Positions 27,195 to 41,550 of a DNA stretch of 64,000 nt are shown here, in pieces. Made by a program: the position numbers and the translations under genes. Each line of letters starts with the position of its first letter. Position 1 is the first letter of the stretch. The notes beneath the pieces were generated by a model. That model saw only the letters and a program-made list of their open reading frames with translations. It did no database searches and was not told where the DNA came from. This DNA comes from Octopus vulgaris (taxonomy: Eukaryota): assembly GCA_951406725.2 (NCBI GenBank), contig OX597816.1:29698001-29762000 (forward strand). The letters are read 5' to 3'.

Positions 27195-27350
27195 AGGTGT
27201 GGGTATGTGGTAAGAGGCTGGCTTCCAACCACATGGTTCCGGGTTCAGTCCTACTGCATGTATACAGTCGATTCATTCGGCTAAAATTTCATCAGTTTGG
27301 TGTTCCAACATGGCTGCAGTCTAATGACTGAAACCAGTAAAAGATAAAAG
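27195..27350 (+). mobile_element. SINE family B, internally deleted
   Basis: Head AACCACATGGTTCCGGGTTCAGTCC joined to tail CATGGCTGCAGTCTAATGACTGAAAC. Confidence 0.75.
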
Positions 27351-27367
27351 ATTTACATATATATACG

Positions 27368-27448
<81 letters not shown>

Positions 27449-28614
27449 ACATACATATATATATATATACATGCATACATACATATATGCGTACATACAC
27501 ACATGCACACACGTACATACATATATACACACACATACATGCATACATACATACATACATACATACATACATACATACATACATACATACATACATACAT
27601 ACATACGTACGTACGGAACTGAAGAACGTAATCAGTATTGATGGTTTATATAATGTACACGTGGTTTATAAAACCAGCAAAACCTCAACCATAACCTCAA
27701 AGCTCGGTGGTGTGGCCAAATGCCTCTGACCTCATTAATCGTCATAGCACAAGAACCCTGCACATATGCCTATCTGCAGTCATGAGTATTGTCCACCCAA
27801 GACATTTCTTCTACGTGCTACGCCTCCTGAGGAAACATTTACGAAAATTTTACCGTGCTGTCTTAAGATGGGACGGAGACATTTGATGCGATAGGCACAG
27901 AGAGATGTTGATGAAGGAGAACTCTGAAATATTTCAGTTCAAACACCTCCTGACAGAGGATTAGTAAATTTAAGTATTGGTTTAAGTTGATGTATTTATC
28001 CATACATTTAGGTACTGTAAAGTCGCTCGGGAATTAACCAATTGAAGATCAAAAGGTTTCCAGCAGTGACACATTTTATTTTTTCATACATTTCCCAATG
28101 CTTTGTTTCATTTCTTTTATGGAGTGATTTCTGTGAGATAAGGCACTTATTTCTGAAAGTTATAACTATTCTATTGAGACTCCTTCAATCACAAAATTTA
28201 TTTTAAAGAGGTACTCTTGCATTAGATGAACCTCTACTAGTATATTTTGTGAGAAACAAAACGAATCAAAATACATTTAGAATGTTTCATTATACACTTA
28301 TTCAAAGATATTTCAAAGTGGTTTTTGTATATACAATGCTGTGGCAGTATTCAGTAAAGAAGTATAAAACAATTCATTACATATAAACTACGTTATACGA
28401 GATCGCTGTAGGGAATGTAAAAACTATAAAAATTCTATTTTTGTCTATGACACCTTGTGACGACCAGGATCCTCCACCTGTGTAATACACTCAACGCTGT
28501 GATTTTGTCATCTACACGTTGCGGGTAGATGATAGGCTGATGGAAGTATATTATTCTTTTCATCTCTCTTGGAAAATTCATTTAGATGTTACCGAAATAT
28601 AAATCATTAAATAA

Positions 28615-28975
28615 TCTTTTCTGCTATAGGTAGCAAGGCCTGGAATTTGTGGAATGGGGATAGTTGATCACATCGATCTCACTATTTAACTGATTCTCAA
28701 TTAATCGACCACGAACCTATGAAAGGCAAGGTCGACTTCGACGAAATTTGAACCCAGAACGTAGGTGGATGAAATACCGCGAAATACTTTGATATTAGTA
28801 TCAATTAAGCCATCGAGTTGACAGAACCGTTAGCGGCATTTCAACAGTCTTTACGTTCTGAGTTCAAATTCCGCCGAGTTTGACTTTGCCTTTCATTCTT
28901 CGGGTCGAGAAAATAAGTTACAGTTCTTACCTTCTCCTTCCAAACTGCTGGCCATGTTCCAAAATTTGAAGTATT
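28615..28975. mobile_element. Two decayed SINE A copies head-to-head (minus 28615-28790, plus 28810-28975)
   Basis: GAAAGGCAAGGTCGAC (minus) and TTACGTTCTGAGTTCAAATTCCGCCGAG (plus). Confidence 0.75.
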
Positions 28976-29349
28976 AGAAACAATGTTTGTGCCTTGGTGA
29001 TTTCACACCTGTCCATTCCCTCAGCTTAGAACACTCGGTGTTCCATCGTTTTGAAGCCGCATTAGACTCGAGACAAATTTGTGATACATTTTAGAATTTT
29101 AAAAAATGCACAAATGCTAGCAAACATGGTAAATCTTTGAGATGAACAAGTAGCAGTCATTGATCTTGCATTAGTTTTCACGAAGCACATTCAGGTATTC
29201 GATTAACTCAACAAGCTACTCGTGCCTGTGCAATTTACACTGTTTCTTTGAAGTACCAGTTTCTTGGTCGAGTAATTAAAACAACTGTTGTTTCCCTCTC
29301 ACCGTTTCGAGTCAATAAATAAAATTCCAATCAACTCCTGCTATTGATT

Positions 29350-29647
29350 CTTCTTTTTCTTCTTCTTCTTCTTCTTCTTCTTCTTCTTCTTCTTCTTCTT
29401 CTTCTTCTTCTTCTTCTTCTTCTTCTTCTTCTTCTTCTTCTTCTTCTTCTTCTTCTTCTTCTTCTTCTTCTTCTTCTTCTTCTTCTACTACTACTACTTC
29501 TTCTTCTTCCACTCTTCTTCTTCTTCTTCTTCTTCTTCTTCTTCTTCTTCTTCTTCTTCTTCTTCTTCTTCTTCTTCTTCTTCATCTTCATCATCATCAT
29601 CATTATCATCATCATCATCATCTTCTTCTTCTTCTTCTTCTTCTTCT
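29350..29647. repeat. Long (TTC)n/(TCA)n microsatellite
   Basis: Direct. Confidence 0.97.
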
Positions 29648-30412
29648 TAACATTTTAAAAATTTCTTTGTAGTCCTACAATATGATGTTATGTAACAAAG
29701 GAAAACATCCAAAAAGATAATAACAGGAAACCACCTTTGTAATTTTCCCGGCAATTCCTGCGACATTTACTTTGTCTCTCAAGGAACAAGGAGATATTTA
29801 TCGATCTCATCATACAAAGAACAAACAACTACTAATGAACAGTTTAACCGAAAATAAAATAATTGTTTTTGATAACTTTAACCTCACATATTCAATTTTG
29901 TATTTTTGTAGTTTAAGTGTTAACGTTTCCAAATATACATTAAGCTTTAATTTGAGTAAAATTAATATTAATTAAATGTAATACAATTAATTTCAGAGAT
30001 GATTCTATATTCTCTTTCCTAATCATGACTTTAAAAAAATAAACAAAGTAAAGGCAACGGAAAATATCACTGAGTTAAATACAGCTGACATTTTGTAAAC
30101 CAACTTATTAAGATAAATCGATTGCATGTTTCGCTGTAAAACCGTTTTACCATATTTAAACATTTTCATTTACAGAAATAGAAATTATTAGCATTTTACG
30201 TTTTATACTATTTTAAATCTTCTTTTAGACTGTAATAACAAATTTTCAACGATAGAATGTGTGATTAAAAGTTACATTAATAATAGAGACTTTTGCCTGA
30301 CTATACCAATTTCACTATTTTAGTTGCTTTGTTGATCTGTTGTGTCTGCTATCAAATGAACTCTACACAACAGGGATCTGATTGGACCACATGAATAATA
30401 ATAATAATAATG

Positions 30413-30482
<70 letters not shown>

Positions 30483-30488
30483 TAATAA

Positions 30489-30666
30489 AACAATTTTTTA
30501 AAAAATTTATTTATTAGACATTCACTAGTACAACACCAAAAAACCCCAAATAGATGGCACACTAGGCATAACAACAACGTGGACTTCCAACCTGTTGTCT
30601 CTTGAGGTCTCTGGGTGAGGTCTCTTGGAGCCAACTTGTAAAAACATAAAGCAAAAGTCAAACATA

Positions 30667-30668
<2 letters not shown>
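30489..30668 (+). mobile_element. Probable solo 3' UTR of a Dong-type LINE between (TAA)n tracts
   Basis: 180-bp unit flanked on both sides by (TAA)n (30395-30488, 30669-30771). It ends ...GCAAAAGTCAAACATAGAATAAT, similar to the AAAAGTAAATGACAATAAT end of the intact copy. Confidence 0.55.
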
Positions 30669-30753
<85 letters not shown>

Positions 30754-30774
30754 TGATAATAATAATAATGATGG

Positions 30775-31198
30775 TTTCAAAATTTGGCACATGAACTGCA
30801 ATTCCGGCGAGAGAATAAGTTGATTATATCGACTTCAGTGTTCAACTCGTACTTAATTTAATGACCCCGAATGGATGAAAGGCGACGTCGACCTCAGGGG
30901 CATTTGAAATCTGAACGTAAAGTCAGAAGATATGCCGCTAAGCATTTTTCCGTCGAAGTATCCACTCTGCCAGCTCGTCGACTTAATGGTTTCAACTTTT
31001 GCCACAAGGGCAGCCACTGTAGGGGAGTCGATGAGTCGATCATATCGAGCCAAGTGTTTCACTGGTACTTAATTTATCAAACTCCAAATGATGAAAGGCA
31101 AAGTCAATCTCGGCGGAATTTGAACTCAGAACATGAAGACGAAATACTGCTAAGTAATTCGCCCGGAGTGTTAACGATTCTGCCAGCTCGCCGCCTTA
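30775..31198 (-). mobile_element. Two tandem decayed SINE A copies
   Basis: Two GATGAAAGGC...GCCAGCTCG units at 30775-30984 and 30985-31198. Confidence 0.82.
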
Positions 31199-31199
31199 T

Positions 31200-31216
31200 T
31201 AGTAGTAGTAATAGTA

Positions 31217-31286
<70 letters not shown>

Positions 31287-31291
31287 TGATG

Positions 31292-31389
<98 letters not shown>

Positions 31390-31458
31390 GATGATGATGA
31401 AGATGAGGATGATGATGATGATGAAGATGATGATGATGATGATGATGAAGATGATGAT
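31200..31458. repeat. (TAA)n(GAT)n microsatellite
   Basis: Direct. Confidence 0.97.
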
Positions 31459-31464
31459 ACTAAA

Positions 31465-31871
31465 TAAAGGATAAAAGATCCGATGTAGTGATCAGAGATC
31501 ACAAAGGAATGCCTTGTAATCGATGTATCAATACCAACAGATGGCACTGTATCTCTAAAAAAAGCGGAGAAACTCTCAAAGTAAAAAAGATTTGGAAATA
31601 GAAGTAACCTAAATGTGGAGCCTAAAAATAGAAACAATCCCTATAATAATAAATGCATTAGACATGATTACAAAACGTCCCGGGAAATGCATAACCAAAG
31701 CACCAGGAATTACGAATGTTTATAACATGCAGAAAATAGTGCTACTAGACATAGCGCACATCATATGTAAAGCACTTTCAATACAGTGAAAATAAGAGCA
31801 CCACAACAAACCAAACCCCATGCCCAAGGCACATGGAGCTGCGCTCGGTAGTGCAGTGAAAGCATGTGATA
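31465..31871 (+). mobile_element. Dong LINE RLE domain + 3' UTR fragment
   Basis: RSDVVIRD, CLVIDVSIPTD, KLSK*KDLEIE, QKIVLL..AHII.KALSI; followed by (TAA)n at 31872-31973. Confidence 0.88.
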
Positions 31872-32127
<256 letters not shown>

Positions 32128-32264
32128 GTCGTGCAGTTACTGTTTATACCTCGTTCAAAGATTTATTATTGCAATAATAATAATGAGAATGAGAATAACA
32201 ACAACAACAGCAGCAGCAGCAGCAACAACAACAACAACAACAACAACAATAATAATAACTGAAT

Positions 32265-33185
32265 AACTCTGATGACTGGATGTTAAAACTTGTCTCAAAA
32301 CATGAAAACAAGAAAGTATCATACTCAGTAACAAAATAGGCAAAGGAATATCTAGGTGAATTTCGAATACAACAAATTTCGGAATTAGACATACTAGAAA
32401 CAAGCGCAGATAAAGCTAAGCACATGAAAACCCGTGCTAAAACTCCTGCCTTAGATATTCTGAATGATAAATGGCAAGAAAAACCTCTCTATGGCAAATA
32501 CCCAAAGAGAGCGAATAATGTAGATGTTGACAAAGCCCTGACCCTGGCTTAAAATCTGAAACAGAAGGGTTTATCACAGTAGCTCAAGATCAATGTCCAC
32601 CAACAAGGAACTACCAGGCCAACATATTAAAGAACGGCAGTAGCCCAACATGTCGTGTATGTCAACAACAAAATGAAACCATTGATCATGTTGTCTCCAA
32701 GTGCAGTCTTCTAGCGCCTACAGAGTATCTCAACAGGCATGATAGAGCTGCACAATATATTCACTGGGTAATTTGCAAAAACCTGGATTTGCGCCATGAA
32801 AAAAACTGGTGGGAACAGAAACAACCTCCAGTGCTTGAAAATGACGACATCTCACTCCTCTGGAACTTCACCATTCAAACTGACAGAAAGATAGATGCAA
32901 ATAGGCCAGGCATCATATTGAAAGACTTCAGACAAAGAACATGCCTCCTCATTGATATGACTGTCCCAATCGATATAAACGTATCTGTCAAGACCTACAA
33001 AAAACTAAGCAAATATAAAGATCTTGAAATAGAAATCTGCAAAGTGTGGAAACTGAAGGCTAAAACAATACCTATTGTCATAGGTGCCCTAGGAATGATA
33101 GCAAAAGGGGCTGATTGCTACCTAACTCAGATACCAGGAAACCCAAAAATGGCAGAAATTCAAAAGATGGTGCTCATGGGAAGCA
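32265..33185 (+). mobile_element. Decayed Dong LINE, zinc knuckle + RLE region
   Basis: DWMLKLVSKHE, LKSETEGFI..AQDQ, CRVCQQQNETIDHVVSKC and ORF 32789-33199 (ANRPGIILKD..LIDMTVP..KLSKYKDLEIE). Confidence 0.92.
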
Positions 33186-33229
33186 AAGTCAGACATTAAG
33201 TGTGGGCGTTTACATATGATGAAATGAGA

Positions 33230-33715
33230 GAAAACAAAGTTAATGGAGCCCTCTCAATTTCATCCAATAACCTTGGACATCGATTTGGGATCTTCCAATT
33301 TGTAATTGTACTTACCTCTGGTTTTATCTTTCCTGTATATATTTTTTAAGTTGTCTTGACCTTGTAAATTTATTAATCAATCTTCAATTTCATACAGCCA
33401 CTCAGCATTATCATTATGCTTTAAAACTTGATCCCAGATCCACCCCTACCGCCAGTCAAAATGCTCTGCTGACGTCTGACATTTGGGACAAGTTGAGAGG
33501 TTTGGAAAAAAGTAATTACAAAACGAAAGCATTAGAATAAGTCTGGAAAGAACATTTAGAATATAAAATAGCGGATAAAATGTAATATTGGAAGAACTGA
33601 AACGAAGAGCAGTAGCAATCAAGGCAAAGCTGAAAATATATGCCAATAGAACAGAACTATTCAGGCTGAACAGATTGCCTTAAGTCAATCAAAAATTTTA
33701 TTTGAAGTGCTAGAA
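33230..33715. mobile_element. Old Dong N-terminal fragments in opposite orientations
   Basis: Minus 33230-33442 gives IWDQVLKHNDNAEWL...NWKIP..VQGYWMK. Plus 33445-33715 gives EELKRRAVAIKAKLKIYANRTELFRLNRL. Both are homologous to the pre-RT region of ORF 5061-7070. Confidence 0.65.
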
Positions 33716-33829
33716 AGGCAATTTCATCTAACACTGGTACAAACGGAATTTGGAATGAGAACATAAAGCCAGAAGAAATGCCGCTGGGTAACTAAGGAAC
33801 TGCATAGATCTCTAGTTGCTCTGAACACC

Positions 33830-35000
33830 TGGAGTAATATCGCAACTATCCCTCTCTTTTCAGTCAACTCATGCATTCTCCTGAGCCATTCTTGTCATAT
33901 TCGCCCAAATTTTGACAAATTTAATGTCAGGCGACAGAACCTCTCTCACTCTCTACTCTCAGCTTCCTTTTCAAGCACGACAGCTTGACCGAAGAGTTAA
34001 GTATCTGTCTTCATTCCTTCTAATCATCTCCACTACACAACTGCTTTCGCTAGAACAAAGAGGAAAACCATCCTCCCTTCCCTGCCAAAGAAGCACAGCG
34101 AGACGATATTCGCAATAGACTCGGCTGATAGCCATATATGTTCTACAGAATGCAGCTATACTGTATGAACGCGTACAGGATGGTATCGTCTTTCTATGCG
34201 TATCTCAGTCAGCTTGTCTGACCGCACTACCATGCATATAGGGTATATACCAAGCCGGCAATGTCCTTCAGTAGCAATATTAGGTTATGGTTTCCTGGAA
34301 ATTTTCCATGAGCCCTTTTCTCATATTGCTCCAATTGTCTCCCATTGTCTCCCACGTGGATGTTCCCGATCTTACCACTAATCTTCTATGGAATGCAACA
34401 AGTGAACATCCAGGGGCCACATTACCGGAGTGGTGAGGGCTATGAGAGTTTGTGATCACCCTAGAGGTCAGGCGTCTTGCCTCAGTCTACGCTTGAACCA
34501 GGACTGTATATCTATCAATTGAACGACTTGCGGAATAAAGAGTCTGGCAAATGGGAAGCACACCTGCTTACTATAAAGGGAACGGTGAAGATCTCGTAGC
34601 CTCGGTGCACGTGTACACCTCTTTGGCCATAACAATCCTCCACAAAGTGTATTTTGATAACAGATAACCGTCTAACCATTGGAGCACCTTCATAACACAG
34701 ATATCAGAAGAGCAAGCACTCCGTTTCGACAGGCCAAAGCAAAGTGATCTAACGTCAGTAGGTCACTAATGCGATATTTGCATTGTCCACCTCTGCTTGA
34801 CCCTTCAGGTATCGGCTTCTCTCAGTATATTTTTGGGTGAAACTAGCCACTCAGATTGAGGTTGTACGCTTAAACACACATGGACCCATTGCTTCTTAGT
34901 TCTCGCGGGATACCGCTCGGAACTTCAAACTTCTGTAATAGTGGTTCTATTGTCCATTAGTACTCTAAGTTCGAGAGGAGCTAGTCAATTAGTACTGTAA
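33830..35000 (-). mobile_element. Decayed L1/Tx1-like LINE 3' region
   Basis: GC-richer block recognised from memory as resembling cephalopod Tx1-like ORF2 C-terminus; no intact ORF. Confidence 0.45.
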
Positions 35001-35894
35001 GTACTAATTGGCCGAATGCATGCATGACGCTGAATGGTTCTGACTGGCGGTCATTTAGTTTGACCATCGATTAAAGGTCGTTGCCTATTGCAGCTATCCA
35101 ACTTTTGAAGACGTGTTCTCAGCTAGTTGCCTTGAGTACGACTGCCAAGTATGAGCATATCGAAAGCTTTCGAATGATGTAAATTTATCAGAGCCTCATC
35201 TACCTACACTTTCAGTTGATGTAGCGCGTGATATGGAGGTTGTTATGTGTAAACTTATATTGGATGACACATGTCAACCTCATCAGCGACAAGACTATGA
35301 AGAACAACCGCAAAACTTGGCCAAAATCTTCAACTTTGTGCTTTGCAGATTTATGGGCTGAAAGTTGTTAGTCATCCGCCTTGTTCGGGTTTTTTTTTAT
35401 TAATTTTCTTCATTTTCAACCTCCACACCTTCCTCCTCCTCCTCATCATCATCATCATCCACGGTTGGTGAATGATCAAACTGGAAGCAAGTCTACTAAC
35501 ATACGTTGCAGCAGAGAGTTACGTCCATTTCTCTTCATAGTTCTAATCCCACTGAGTTTGACTTTATTTACCATTCTTCTAGGGGAGGCTCAATGATTAA
35601 ATATTTGTGAAGTAGTATGAGATATTGATATAATCAGCAAAACTCTTCCCCAAAATGCCTGGCTCTAGATAAACATTTACTATCATCTCCCAACTCATAA
35701 TTAGAATCATTAGAATGACATTTAGTCTCGAGACTTAACGTTCTGGGTTTAAATTCTGTCGATATGAGATTTATTTTTCCCCTTTTGTCGATAAAGTGAT
35801 AGTGATACAATGTAAATAATGGTAGCCATATCCTAAAATGTTTTTCCTAATATCTATGACAGAAATCCATGTTTATTATTAGGACAGATAAATA

Positions 35895-36110
35895 AGGCAA
35901 TATACTGGTAGAACCGTTAGCAAGCTGGATAAAATCCTTGGCAGCATTTCGTCCGTTTTTACTTTTCGATTTCAATTTCCACCGAGATTAACTTTGCCTT
36001 TCATCCTTTCGGAATGGATAAAATATGTACCGGTTGAATACCGGGAGCGATGAAGTCGACTAGCCCCTTCCCATAAAATTTCGGACCTTGTGCATTTAAT
36101 TGAAAGTATT
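35895..36110 (+). mobile_element. SINE family A, decayed
   Basis: ACTTTGCCTTTCATCCTTTCGG core. Confidence 0.8.
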
Positions 36111-36330
36111 ATTAAGAGAGCTATGAGCGTTAACAAAATACCACTTGATTTATTCACTTTCGCTCGCAGTTCAAATCTCACAAGAATCAAATTATATTCT
36201 TTCCTTTCGGGATTTTGAAAATTACTGTCAAACACATACCCTCATTCAATCGAAAATAACTTCCAGAAAACAGTTTAGGTCCGGTTTTCCATCGTCCTAA
36301 TGCTTATTCCATTTCCGTGCAAGGTTCACT

Positions 36331-36570
36331 TATTACTAATATTGATGTAACCAAAATACTGTTCCAGTCGTTCGGATAACTGCTAATATTGCTGTCACCG
36401 AGATCGATTACATACTGCTAATATTGATGTCACAATGATGTAATTTCCATTCGAAGATTTATAGCTAATATTCATGTGACTGAGATGTAGTTCCAATCGA
36501 TGGTTTATTGGTTGTATTGATGGGACTACGATGCAGTTCGAATTTATCGGCTTATTGATGATATTGATTG
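36331..36570. repeat. Degenerate minisatellite, about 35-48 bp units, about 6 copies
   Basis: Recurring CTAATATTGATGTCAC..GATG.AGTTCCA.TCG. Confidence 0.7.
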
Positions 36571-37624
36571 CAAAAGGTATGACTCTAATAAATGTGTCAT
36601 TCTATTTGAGAATGGAAGCCCAGCAATATTAACCAGGTTCTGAAGCAACATTTCTCGTCAAGGCGAAGGACTAGAATTTGTATTCAGACCGCAAAAAGCC
36701 GGAGCTGATACAATAAGGTATCTCTCTGACGTTCGAAGAATTCTGCTATATTTTATAGCCCTCCCAGTTCGTACATATTGGCCTTTAAAGATTGAGCTCA
36801 CTGGGATTTGAACTCAGACCGTAGTGATCGAGGTCACATATTGCAAGATATTTGTGCCAACACTTTCTCTTCATCATATAACTGGGCTTGCATTTTTATT
36901 AGAAATCACTTTTAAGCTATTACTGAACTGAGAGAATCGGCAGATTAGCAAATAGATTAACAGAATCACTAAATCCATTGGCAAAGGATTTGTATTATTC
37001 AGTTACGTCCCTGTATGTCTTGACCTCAGTTCTCAATGGACTGCACACACCTACACACATAGGTATATTATATATATGTACGTATATGTGTGTGTGTGTG
37101 TGTGCGCGCACGCGTGTGTGAATGTACCTCGTATTGCTCTAATAATCTACCCAAAAGAATCTAAAGATACATATATGCACATAACTCGGTTCTATACATG
37201 TTTGTACATGTCTGAATGTCTAAATAGCTCCTTGTGTTGAAGACAAGGTTGGCAACTACTGTACTGGGGCACAACGCATTTCCTCTGTTGGCTGCTTGCC
37301 TCGAGACAATGTTACTGAACTTTCTTTAATGATTTGTCAAATTTAAAGAACATTTAATTCTTCAAATTAACTCCTGTTTCCTACTAGGGATTGCTTCTAG
37401 TTACTACTGTGTGACTTTTCTACGTTCTCTGGAAGCGAGAATAGTTTCAAGAATTTATCGTCTATGGCATTCAAAATACTTTTATTCGCTTTTCTTTATC
37501 AAATACATACGACTGTCACTCTGTTATTTCTCTTAATTCATTTTCGTTTTAGCAATACATGAATATTTGCAAGTACGCATATAATTCACACACACACGCA
37601 CATACATATACACATACACCTATT

Positions 37625-37680
<56 letters not shown>

Positions 37681-37683
<3 letters not shown>

Positions 37684-37776
37684 AGTATGTGACAATCATT
37701 CGGTAGCCATTATAAAACTCCGAGTTTCGGATGTCGGAGTTTTATCATGGCTACCGAATAACTATCACATATTACA
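37681..37776. repeat. Hairpin, 43-bp arms with 10-nt loop, in a unit between (TA)n tracts
   Basis: 37681-37723 is the reverse complement of 37734-37776 with few mismatches. Confidence 0.92.
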
Positions 37777-37855
37777 TTTACAGACAAATTCCTCTATTTA
37801 CATAATATCGAGGTCTCTTTCATTCTTTTATTGTCTTACCATTTCTATCAATATA

Positions 37856-37939
<84 letters not shown>

Positions 37940-38861
37940 GACATGCAGTGGTGTGAGTTCATTTATTACCTGGTGGTCACTAATTAGGTTTCAAAACATA
38001 CAATTTAATTTTATTTTCTATATTCTGCTACATATAAATTATTTTCTCCTTCTCAATGATGTTGCTTTCGCAAAATTTGTAATAGTCATTATAGACAGAA
38101 GAATCATTTAAGTAAAAAAGAATCAGATTCAACTGTAATTTTTCTGACTATTTGCAGTCTAGTAGACTTTAGGAGAAAGCAATGATTTTTACATCAATAA
38201 ATTGTTCTATTTTCGTCCCAAAGATTGTATTAGTAGTCTGCTAGATTTGTAATTATGTGTTGAGAGAACAGAGCAGCGTGTCGCGTTCGATGGCTCGTAT
38301 TAGTTAATGAGTTCTGAATTGTATCCATGGTTACGATACACAAATGTTAATACTTCAGTCCGTCTTAACGAAGTTGCAAATATTCCAAATAAATAAAGTT
38401 ATAAAAATGGCCACCAGATAAACACGAGTGCCACTAGCTCAGTCTTTGTTAATAAGCCGAAACCATGGATACAACACAAAATATGACTAACGCAGCTAGT
38501 ATTTATGATGTTTTAACTGTGCGAGAAAGAAAGAGTCGTATGACCTTTTTAAGGGCGTTCTAACCGTGGCTACGTCACATACATGTGGTTAGTGCTGTCT
38601 GTCTTAATGAAGTTGTAACTATGGACACAGGGCAAACATAGTTAACCCAGTTTTATGTACTTTTGTACGTATCCGTATGTCTACGTCTATGTATGTATGT
38701 ATGTATGTATGTATGTATGTATGTATGTATGTATGTATGTATGTATTATGTATGTATGTATGTATGTACGCATGCATGCTTGCATGGATGTACATATATA
38801 TGTATTTCATAAATCTATGTATGTACACATATACTTATATATATATATATATTATATATAC

Positions 38862-38918
<57 letters not shown>

Positions 38919-39024
38919 CATATACATACATACATATATATTTGCATACGTTTGTATATATGTATGTATATGCATATACGTGTGTGTGTATGCATTTATG
39001 TATACATGTTCACATATATGTGTG

Positions 39025-39077
<53 letters not shown>

Positions 39078-41484
39078 GGGGGGAAGAGAGAGTGAGAGAG
39101 AGAGTGTGTGTCAGTGAGAGTGAGAAAGAGAGACAGAGAGAGCTATTTCCTTGATGTTTCTATATTTTCTTAGTAGAAGTCACTCCAGTATGAAGTGGCC
39201 GTGCTTCCTTGAGTCAAAATAGTTCTGGGAATATATAAATATATGAACAGGAGTTAGCGTTTACATATGTAAGAATATATGTTTGTATGTATACCAGTGT
39301 CGTGGTGTTAATATATATGTAAAGCTACTCATTCTAATATATTTTGTATGCGTATACATTAAATACATAAGTCACCTTTCATTTTCAAGTATGCATTCTA
39401 GTACATCTACATTGTATACACATACGTGATGGTATGTATATATGTTAATTCTCGAAAACTCTGATATAGGATCTCTGAAAAGTTTAGAATATCCTCATAA
39501 CAACACTGAGCGTAATTCGAGGAGTTTAAGTCATTGGTTTCTTAGGAAATTTTCATCATCTTCGAGCTTTATATACATCTATTAACGCATATCACAATGT
39601 GCTAATGGAAAACGACTAGATATGCATACCGATCCATATCTTGACAGCAAAAGCTATAAATTTTGCAGTATTTCACCAGAGAAGCTCCTTTTTCTCCACA
39701 ACATTAGATGTTTCTGCTTCAGATGATAATATCAGGCCTGTTTTTTTTTTGTTATTTATTGGAATTTCCTCCAATTTTAAACATGACAATTTTCTTCTGG
39801 ATATCATTGTAAATAATTTAGCCAATAACGTTATGTTTCAAGAGAAGGTAGTAACTTATAGATATCTTGGTGGTTACCTGTCAATGATGTATGTGATATT
39901 CTTCACTAGAGGAATGTAATCGATAATTTCAACCACGCCATGGTGGTTTGGAGACGTCCTTATCTATCTTATTGATCAGGTATTTAGTAGCTATGTTCTG
40001 TTCCTGAATAAGGAAGGTACATAACCTTTACTAGGATGTGATATAGCTATCACACGTCAAGCAGAATTTACTCTTCCTCTCAATTATGTTAGTTTCCTCT
40101 AGTTTGCATTATATGTATATTTGTATTAATTTTCTGCTGATATAATGAATGCTTCTCACGCAGATTTGTGTTCAAATCGGTCGTTACGACATTCATTGGG
40201 TCATTCACAGGCAACAGCTCTACACTGAGAACACCTATCTTCCTTCTCATTCTGTCAACAGTACATTACATATAAACCTATTCTTGACTGCATATCTTAG
40301 TGCATCCATTTTAAATATTTACTATTGATTAGTGTTTTCTAAATAGTACAATACGACACTCAATATTCTATGATCCATTGTCATCAAATGACATCGATTA
40401 CAACAGTTGGAATCTTTTCAAAGTGTAGTGACAGAGTTAAATGCCTTTATATAGTCTAGTTATACTGTCAATATATACTGCTAAGCCAGTATGGCTCCCT
40501 TAAGGAAAGCTTCGTGATTAAGGAGCTCCAGTTGTTTGTCAGATTTGGATCTTAAAGAAACAGAATCAAATATAATTCAAGTAATCTTTGTACAATCTAT
40601 ACATCACATAAGGTAATTCTATGGGCCTGTCGATTCCACCCACGTTTGTCCTGGTTCTTTCATACAAGTGCGTTATCCATACAGTTACTAACCAACGTGA
40701 TGCATTAGACTGACTCAGAGTTCATTAGTTATCAGTTTTACTTTAACAGGTTGACAAAAGATTCCTGTGAAATTTCATCACGAGTATCCGACACATTGAA
40801 CTTTACAAGGTTATTTTACCAATTGTCAAGAGAGTTTCACAGGTAACATCATTGTTAAAGTGAGACGTGTGTACGGTACTCACACAGTAGCTTAGTTAAA
40901 CATATACTGCATCGTGGTTTCTCCACCTATCATACGAAAGAAAACAATTATAATCTTGGTGTCTTGGGTTTTCGTACGAAGATATAAAATTTGTAGGTGT
41001 CATGCAAACATACAATAGACTGTCTTACATTCTTGTAATTTCCTTGACGACAAATGTTTTGTGTACCATTCGTAGACATTTAATTGCCAATACCAATTAC
41101 CTTTGAGTGTCTCTTATCGGCAGGACCCGTAGATTGTAAATAGTTTTTCATAAATTAGAGACCGTTCGTCGGTTAATTCATTATTCACTTTGCATCTAAT
41201 TGTAATATACTATTGTGCGATGGTTATCTATAGGCAGTTTTTTTTCTAATATTTAGGAGAGAGGCAATCCATTTGGCTGTATGTTGTTAATATAAATGAA
41301 AGTGATCGAAAACAAATTTCAATCAATCACAGTTGCTCCTCTCTTTTAGTAAATCGTATGTATATACATGCACACACATGTGGGTGTGTCTGTGTGTGTG
41401 TGCGCGCGCGTATATGTGCATGTGCATGTATATGTATATACATTGATATATACGTTTATGTGTATATATATGAATATATATATG

Positions 41485-41549
<65 letters not shown>

Positions 41550-41550
41550 T

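Noticed and set aside
27700-27960. Possible RTE 3' end on the minus strand (SWVDNTH)
   Set aside because: Single weak motif only
30871-31637. Long poly-N/D/S/L ORFs (also 3564, 29312, 38655, 57860, 60293 and others)
   Set aside because: Translations of microsatellites and SINEs, not genes
36331-36570. CRISPR-like repeat-spacer array
   Set aside because: Eukaryotic context; inter-repeat segments are homologous to each other and no cas genes are present
39400-41250. Possible ancient APE-type LINE (NANGKRL-like remnant at about 39600)
   Set aside because: Too decayed to support boundaries or clade
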